From NCBI GenBank assembly GCA_951406725.2, contig OX597836.1:33976001-34040000 (forward strand): a stretch of 64,000 bases of DNA. The letters are read 5' to 3'. The stretch is from Octopus vulgaris. Its lineage: Eukaryota. This document shows positions 58,456-64,000 of this stretch, piece after piece (the stretch's first letter is position 1; every line of letters starts with the position of its first letter). The translations under genes were made by a program, and so were the position numbers. A model generated the notes under the pieces. It ran no database searches. It was not told the origin of the DNA and was given only the letters and a program-made list of their open reading frames with translations.

Positions 58456-58826
58456 GGAGGCGCAATGGCCCAGTGGTTAAAGCAGCGGACACGCGGTCGG
58501 AGGATCACGGTTTCGATCGTTGTGTGTGTTTATTGAGCGAAAACACCTAAAGCTCCACGAGGCTCCGGCAGGCGGTGGTGGTGACCCCTGCTGTACACTT
58601 TCGCATCCAGGCCCAGCGGTCGCGTAGGATATCGGGGACAAGAAACAGGAAGAAAGAGTGAGAGAAAGTTGGAGCTAAAGAGTACAACAGGGATCGCCAC
58701 CACCCCCTGCCGGAGCCTCGTGGAACTTTGGGTGTTTTCGCTCAATAAACACTCACAACGCCCGGTCTGAGAATCGATCCTTCAACCGAGAATCCGCTGC
58801 TCTAACCACTGTGCCATTGCGCCTCC
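58456..58826. mobile_element. Two SINE family C copies fused in inverted orientation
   Basis: GGAGGCGCAATGG at 58456 and CCATTGCGCCTCC ending at 58826. Confidence 0.85.
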
Positions 58827-58897
58827 GCACACACGTATATATATATATGCGCGCGCTTGTGTACATATATAAATACACACATGCACACAGACACACA

Positions 58898-58949
<52 letters not shown>

Positions 58950-59143
58950 ATATTTCTTGCAGACCCTATAATATTTCGTATATATCATATTATGTTCTTT
59001 CGAACTTGCATGCGCCTAAAATTTATAGAAATATCAAACTATTTGCTTACTTTTATTTCCTTCCGTATTTATTTCGTTCTGAATTATCTAACTCCTTCTG
59101 TAAAACTAAGTAAAAGTCTGATATTTTATTTATTTATATATTA

Positions 59144-59655
59144 CTAGCAGTATCGCCCGGCGTTGCTCGGGTTTGTAAGGGAAATAACTATATAAGCATT
59201 TTTAGAGAGTTACTTCCTTTATAGATGCCAATTCGGGCTTTCTTAGCCATTTCTGTTTTGGTGTCTTCAAGCCATGAAGTCGTTGTTCTAAAAGAACGCT
59301 GGTCTCCTTGACAACGCTTTACGACGTTGATTTCTTTACACTCCCTTCCCCACAGCTTCACGAGGGAGGGAAGAAGGGGAGAAGCAAACAGGTGCAGGTG
59401 TGACCGTGGACGCCAACTCCGCCGCCATCGACACACGAAAAATTATGCATTAAAATGGAATAAAAAATGATGTTAAATTATTTTTAAAATCGTAGACTCA
59501 TCGTTGACGCGCGCTAATACGCAGACGGGCTCGATATGAATCACAACTATAAGATACCCGAATTTGGTTAAACTGCACCGCAAAATGTGGGAGGAGTTAG
59601 GAATCTAAATCGAAGGGGACAGACACTCACACAACTACAGTTTTATATATATAGA
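59144..59655 (-). mobile_element. Non-autonomous Helitron
   Basis: Same hairpin-CTAG 3' end and TC 5' end as 31263-31658. Confidence 0.8.
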
Positions 59656-59804
59656 TTATTTTTAATGTAAGAAATAGTATTATCTATAATAATCGTAACT
59701 TTATGCATTTATTTAACATCGGCGTATTTAGTAGAAACCTTTGAATTTATGAATCGTTGATAAAATGTATTTTTTAAATGAATTTACTCTTTTACTTTTT
59801 TTTT

Positions 59805-60570
59805 TTTACTTGTTTCAGTCATTTGACTGCGGCCATGCTGGAGCAACGCCTTTAGTCGAGCAAAATCGACCCCGGGACTTATTCTTTGTAAGCCCAGTAC
59901 TTATTCTATCGGGCTCCTTTTTTTTTGCCGAACCACTAAGTGACGGGGACGTAAACGCACCAGCATCGGTTGTCAAGCAATGCTAGGGGGACAAACACAG
60001 ACACGCACATACATATATATATGTACTAGCAGTATCGCCCGGCGTTTCTCAGGTTTGTAAGGGAAATAACTATAAAGCATTTTTAGAGAGTTATAGCCAA
60101 AAAATAGCAAAAAAATGATGGTAAATTTTTTTTTGAGAGTTAAAAAAGGTGGAGTTGCGTCCCCTAGACAGTTTGTGATTTGTGTTTCTGATTCTCGACC
60201 CCATGTCGAATTTATCGATTTTTTTCAGAACTGGGGGAACTTTTCAAAAATTTCGCTGCGTTAGTTTTGAATTATGACATTGGGCTATGTGTGTGTCAAG
60301 TTTCATCAGAATCGGTTGAAAGCCGTGGTCAGGGTGAGGGTACAAGCAAACAGACACACAGAAACACGCAGAGACAAACTGCCGTTTATATAGAGAGATA
60401 TATATATATACGACAGGCTTCTTTCAGTTTCCGTCTACCAAATCCACTCACAAGGCATTGGTCGGCCCGGGGCTATAGCAGAAGACACTTGCCCAAGATG
60501 CCACGCAGTTGGACTGAACCCGGAACCATGTGGTTGGTTAGCAAGCTACTTACCACACAGCCACTCCTGC
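59805..60570 (-). mobile_element. SINE family A split by a Helitron insertion (60026-60398, minus)
   Basis: SINE tail 59805-60005 and head 60410-60570 flank a TC...hairpin-CTAG element. Confidence 0.8.
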
Positions 60571-60907
60571 GACTTCAATTTAGTGTCTGAATAAAATATA
60601 TCCTCGTTCATTTTTTTTTCATAATAGCATATAGGAATTGTAAATAAAATATATTTGCTACTCCACCATAAATTCTTAACATAGATTTTTCTTATATAAT
60701 AATGGGCATAGGTTATTTTAGATTAAAATGTTTTCAGATTAATATAATTAAAGATGCATAAGACCATTTTATGACCGTTGTGATCGTTTTGTTTTTTAAA
60801 ATTTACTTTAAAATCATTAACGCTCACGCTTGTAAACATATATTTTAAATATGTCTGTTTAGCAGTCGCTGCATGAAATTTTGACTATTTTTTAGACAAA
60901 TAATACC

Positions 60908-60980
60908 CTGAGGAAACTCATATGCATAAATATGAATTTTATAACTTTACTTGTGGATATGAGTGGAAAGAAATTGCAGA
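60908..60980 (+). ncRNA. Degenerate hammerhead motif
   Basis: CTGAGGA-A-ACTCATAT/ATATGAGT-G-GAAA; stem III decayed. Confidence 0.45.
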
Positions 60981-61226
60981 ATATAAATTTGTTTTAATTA
61001 TTTGTTATATTATACTATATTACATTATGATGTAAATCAATTTTTAATATGTCAATTGTATTTTTTCTATTTCCTTTGATATAATATATATACATGTATG
61101 TATGTATGTATGTATGTATGTATGTATGTATGCATATGTATATATATATATGCATGTATGTATATATATGTATGTATATGTATATATATATATATATATA
61201 TGAATGTATGTATATATATATGAATG

Positions 61227-61264
<38 letters not shown>

Positions 61265-61266
<2 letters not shown>

Positions 61267-61306
61267 GCGTGTGAGTGGATCTGGCAGACGGAAACTGAAA
61301 GAATCC

Positions 61307-61368
<62 letters not shown>

Positions 61369-61575
61369 TTGTTGCATGTGTGTGTGTGTGTATATAAGTT
61401 TGTGTGTCTGTTTTGCCTCCATACATCGCTTGACAACCGATGTTGGCGTGTTTACGTCTTCGTAAATTAGCGGTTCGGCAAAAGACCGATAGAATAAGTT
61501 CTAGGCTTACAAAGAATAAGTCCTGGGGTCGAGTTATTCGACTAAAGGCGTGACTGAAACAAGTAAAAGAATAAA
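61265..61575 (+). mobile_element. SINE family A, 5'-truncated
   Basis: GGAAACTGAAAGAA block and tail motifs. Confidence 0.75.
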
Positions 61576-61671
61576 GAAGAATATATATATATATGTATGT
61601 GACCGCGTGTGTACCGTTGGCGATTTTTTTTCCTCTCTGTCTTCCCTTCTCTGGATCTTTCCTTCTCCTAT

Positions 61672-61706
61672 GTTTCCGACGAAGAGCTCCGCTCGATACG
61701 TTAAAC
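61672..61706 (+). ncRNA. HHR-like motif, CCGACGA core
   Basis: GTTT-CCGACGA-A-GAGC TCC GCTC-GATAC GTT-AAAC. Confidence 0.55.
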
Positions 61707-61824
61707 CCTCCTTCTTGCCTTCTTTCCTTCTTTCCTGAGCGTCCAATAATACTATATTTGTTCCACGTCCTCGCGTTGTTGTGTTTTTTTGTGTTTTATT
61801 GTTTGGATTAACTATATATATATG

Positions 61825-62391
61825 TAATAAATTAAATAAAACATATGCATATATATATACATATATGTACGTACCTACCTCTACATGTATATATACATGC
61901 ATATATGGGTACAGGACACAAAAAAAAAACGTCGAACACAACGAGAAACGAAAACATAGTCACAAAACCAAGCAAATGGACATTTTTCTTAAACAACGAA
62001 AAAATAGAGTACAGGACAAAAAACAAGAAAAATTCCCCTTCTTCAGTCGCCTTAGTTTAATCTACTCCACGTTTCGAAGGTCAAGGCGTTTGACCTTCGA
62101 AACGTAGAGTAGATGAAACCATGGCGACTGAAGAAGGATTTTTTTCCCTGTGTTATTTGTCCTGTACTCTATTTTTTTGTTGTTTAAGAAAAATGTCCAG
62201 TTCCTTGGGTTTGTGACTATGTTTTCATTTTTCATTGTGTTCGACGTTTTTTTTTGGTGTCCTGTACCCATATATGCGTGATATATACATGTAGATGTAG
62301 GTACGTACATATATGTATGTATATATGCATATGTTTTATTTATTAATTTATTATATGACGGAACGCACGCATCCATTTCTAAGTAAGATTG

Positions 62392-62394
<3 letters not shown>
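61825..62394 (+). mobile_element. PLE-type fold-back element (~260-bp arms, 5-nt loop, one-sided tail)
   Basis: 61825-62084 is reverse complement of 62090-62353; tail 62357-62394; TA flanks. Confidence 0.8.
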
Positions 62395-62437
<43 letters not shown>

Positions 62438-62609
62438 CTATATGTATGTGTGTGTGTGTGTGTGTGATATATATGTATATTATACAACTCATATAGATAT
62501 GTATGTATATATGTGTATGAATATATATATATATGAGAAACTCAGAGTAACAGATTTTGTTGAATTTTCTGCTGCTTAAAATAAAGTATATATATATATA
62601 TATATATAT

Positions 62610-62805
62610 GTAGGTCCCGGGTTGATTCGGGGTTAACCACAGTAAATAAGGTACTCAATACATAGCAGAGTAAAATTAATTTATTATATAGAAGGAGCTT
62701 CTACAGGACTAGAACTGTTTCATTCAAGAGAAATCTTCAGGAAGCTTCCTGAAGATTTCTCTTGAATGAAACAGTTCTAGTCCTGTAGAAGCTCCTTCTA
62801 TATAA

Positions 62806-62810
<5 letters not shown>
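62610..62810 (-). mobile_element. PLE-type element with a perfect 132-bp palindrome and HHR core
   Basis: 62679-62810 is self-complementary about AAG|CTT; CTGAAGA-T-TTC TCTT GAA-T-GAAAC on both strands; tail 62610-62678. Confidence 0.8.
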
Positions 62811-62836
<26 letters not shown>

Positions 62837-63189
62837 CTTTACATATGGATTGTATGAATGTTAGAGTTAGGGGTAGACTAGAACGAAAGTGTAGGAGATG
62901 GGAGTGACAAAATACAGAGAGAGAGAGAGACAGACGGAGAGAGAAAGAAGAGAAAGAGAGAAAGACGGAGAAAAAGAGAGGGAGAGAGGGAAAGAAAGAG
63001 AGAGATTGGGATGGAGACAGTAGAGCGAATAATATTCTGACCGCAAAATCTATTCAAGCGTAAAAATTCGTTTCGGCCCAAGATTTGTTTACGGCAGTGA
63101 TAATAACTGGTAATGGTGGAGGTTGGCTATAGTGGTAGGCGGGAGCAATGGTGGTGGTGTTTGTAATGGTTGTCGCACAAGCGGAGTTG

Positions 63190-64000
63190 GTAGTGGTAGT
63201 AGTAGTAATAGTAGTAGTATTAGAGATAGTAGTAGTAGTAGTAGTATTAGAGGTAGTAATGGTAGTAGTAGTAACAGTAGTAGTATTAGAGGTAGTAGTG
63301 GTAGTAGTAGTAACAGTAGTAGTATTAGAGGTAGTAATGGTAGTAGTAGTAATAGTAGTAGTATTAGAGATAGTAGTGGTAGTAGTAGTAACAGTAGTAG
63401 TATTAGAGGTAGTAGTGGTAGTAGTAGTAATAGTAGTAGTATTAGAGGTAGTAGTGGTAGTAGTAGTAATAGTAGTAGTATTAGAGGTAGTAGTGGTAGT
63501 AGTAGTAATAGTGTAGTAATAGAGGTAGTAGTGGTAGTAGTAGTAATAGTAGTAGTATTAGAGGTAGTAGTGGTAGTAGTAGTAATAGTAGTAGTAGTAG
63601 AGATAGTAGTGGTAGTAGTAGTAATAGTAGTAGTATTAGAGATAGTAGTAGTAGTAGTAGTAGTAACAGTAGTAGTATTAGAGATAGTAGTGGTAGTAGT
63701 AGTAACAGTAGTAGTATTAGAGGTAGTAGTGGTAGTAGTAGTAATAGTAGTAGTATTAGAGGTAGTAGTGGTAGTAGTAGTAATAGTAGTAGTATTAGAG
63801 ATAGTAGTGGTAGTAGTAGTAATAGTAGTAGTATTAGAGATAGTAGTGGTAGTAGTAGTAATAGTAGTAGTATTAGAGATAGTAGTGGTAGTAGTAGTAA
63901 TAGTAGTAGTATTAGAGGTAGTAGTGGTAGTAGTAGTAATAGTAGTAGTATTAGAGATAGTAGTGGTAGTAGTAGTAATAGTAGTAGTATTAGAGATAGT
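63190..64000. repeat. 39-bp minisatellite built from (GTA)n
   Basis: GTATTAGAGRTAGTAGTGGTAGTAGTAGTAAYAGTAGTA repeated; runs off the window. Confidence 0.95.

Overview
AT-rich eukaryotic intergenic or intronic DNA dominated by microsatellites and transposon debris. The SINE families and repeat style look like an octopus (coleoid cephalopod) genome; this is inferred, not proven. I recognise no host protein-coding exon, and most ORF-track entries are translations of simple repeats. The one long real ORF (9571-10869, minus) belongs to a 5'-truncated Penelope-like retroelement (PLE) with RT, a Cys-rich linker and a GIY-YIG endonuclease, and is Neptune-like. It is bracketed by ~620-bp inverted pseudo-LTRs, and a non-coding sibling copy lies at 2146-4599. 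The main hidden structure is an RNA one: about 18 minimal hammerhead-ribozyme (HHR) motifs, many with non-canonical cores (U3-A8 covariant, CUGUUGA, CCGANGA, U10.1.U11.1). Several sit in small fold-back elements with a one-sided tail inserted into (TA)n, and one such fold-back carries a tRNA-Tyr 5' half. Also present are Tc1/mariner relics, non-autonomous Helitrons, CR1/L2, RTE and Tx1 LINE fragments, and three tRNA-derived SINE families. Coordinates were read by eye and may be off by a few nt.
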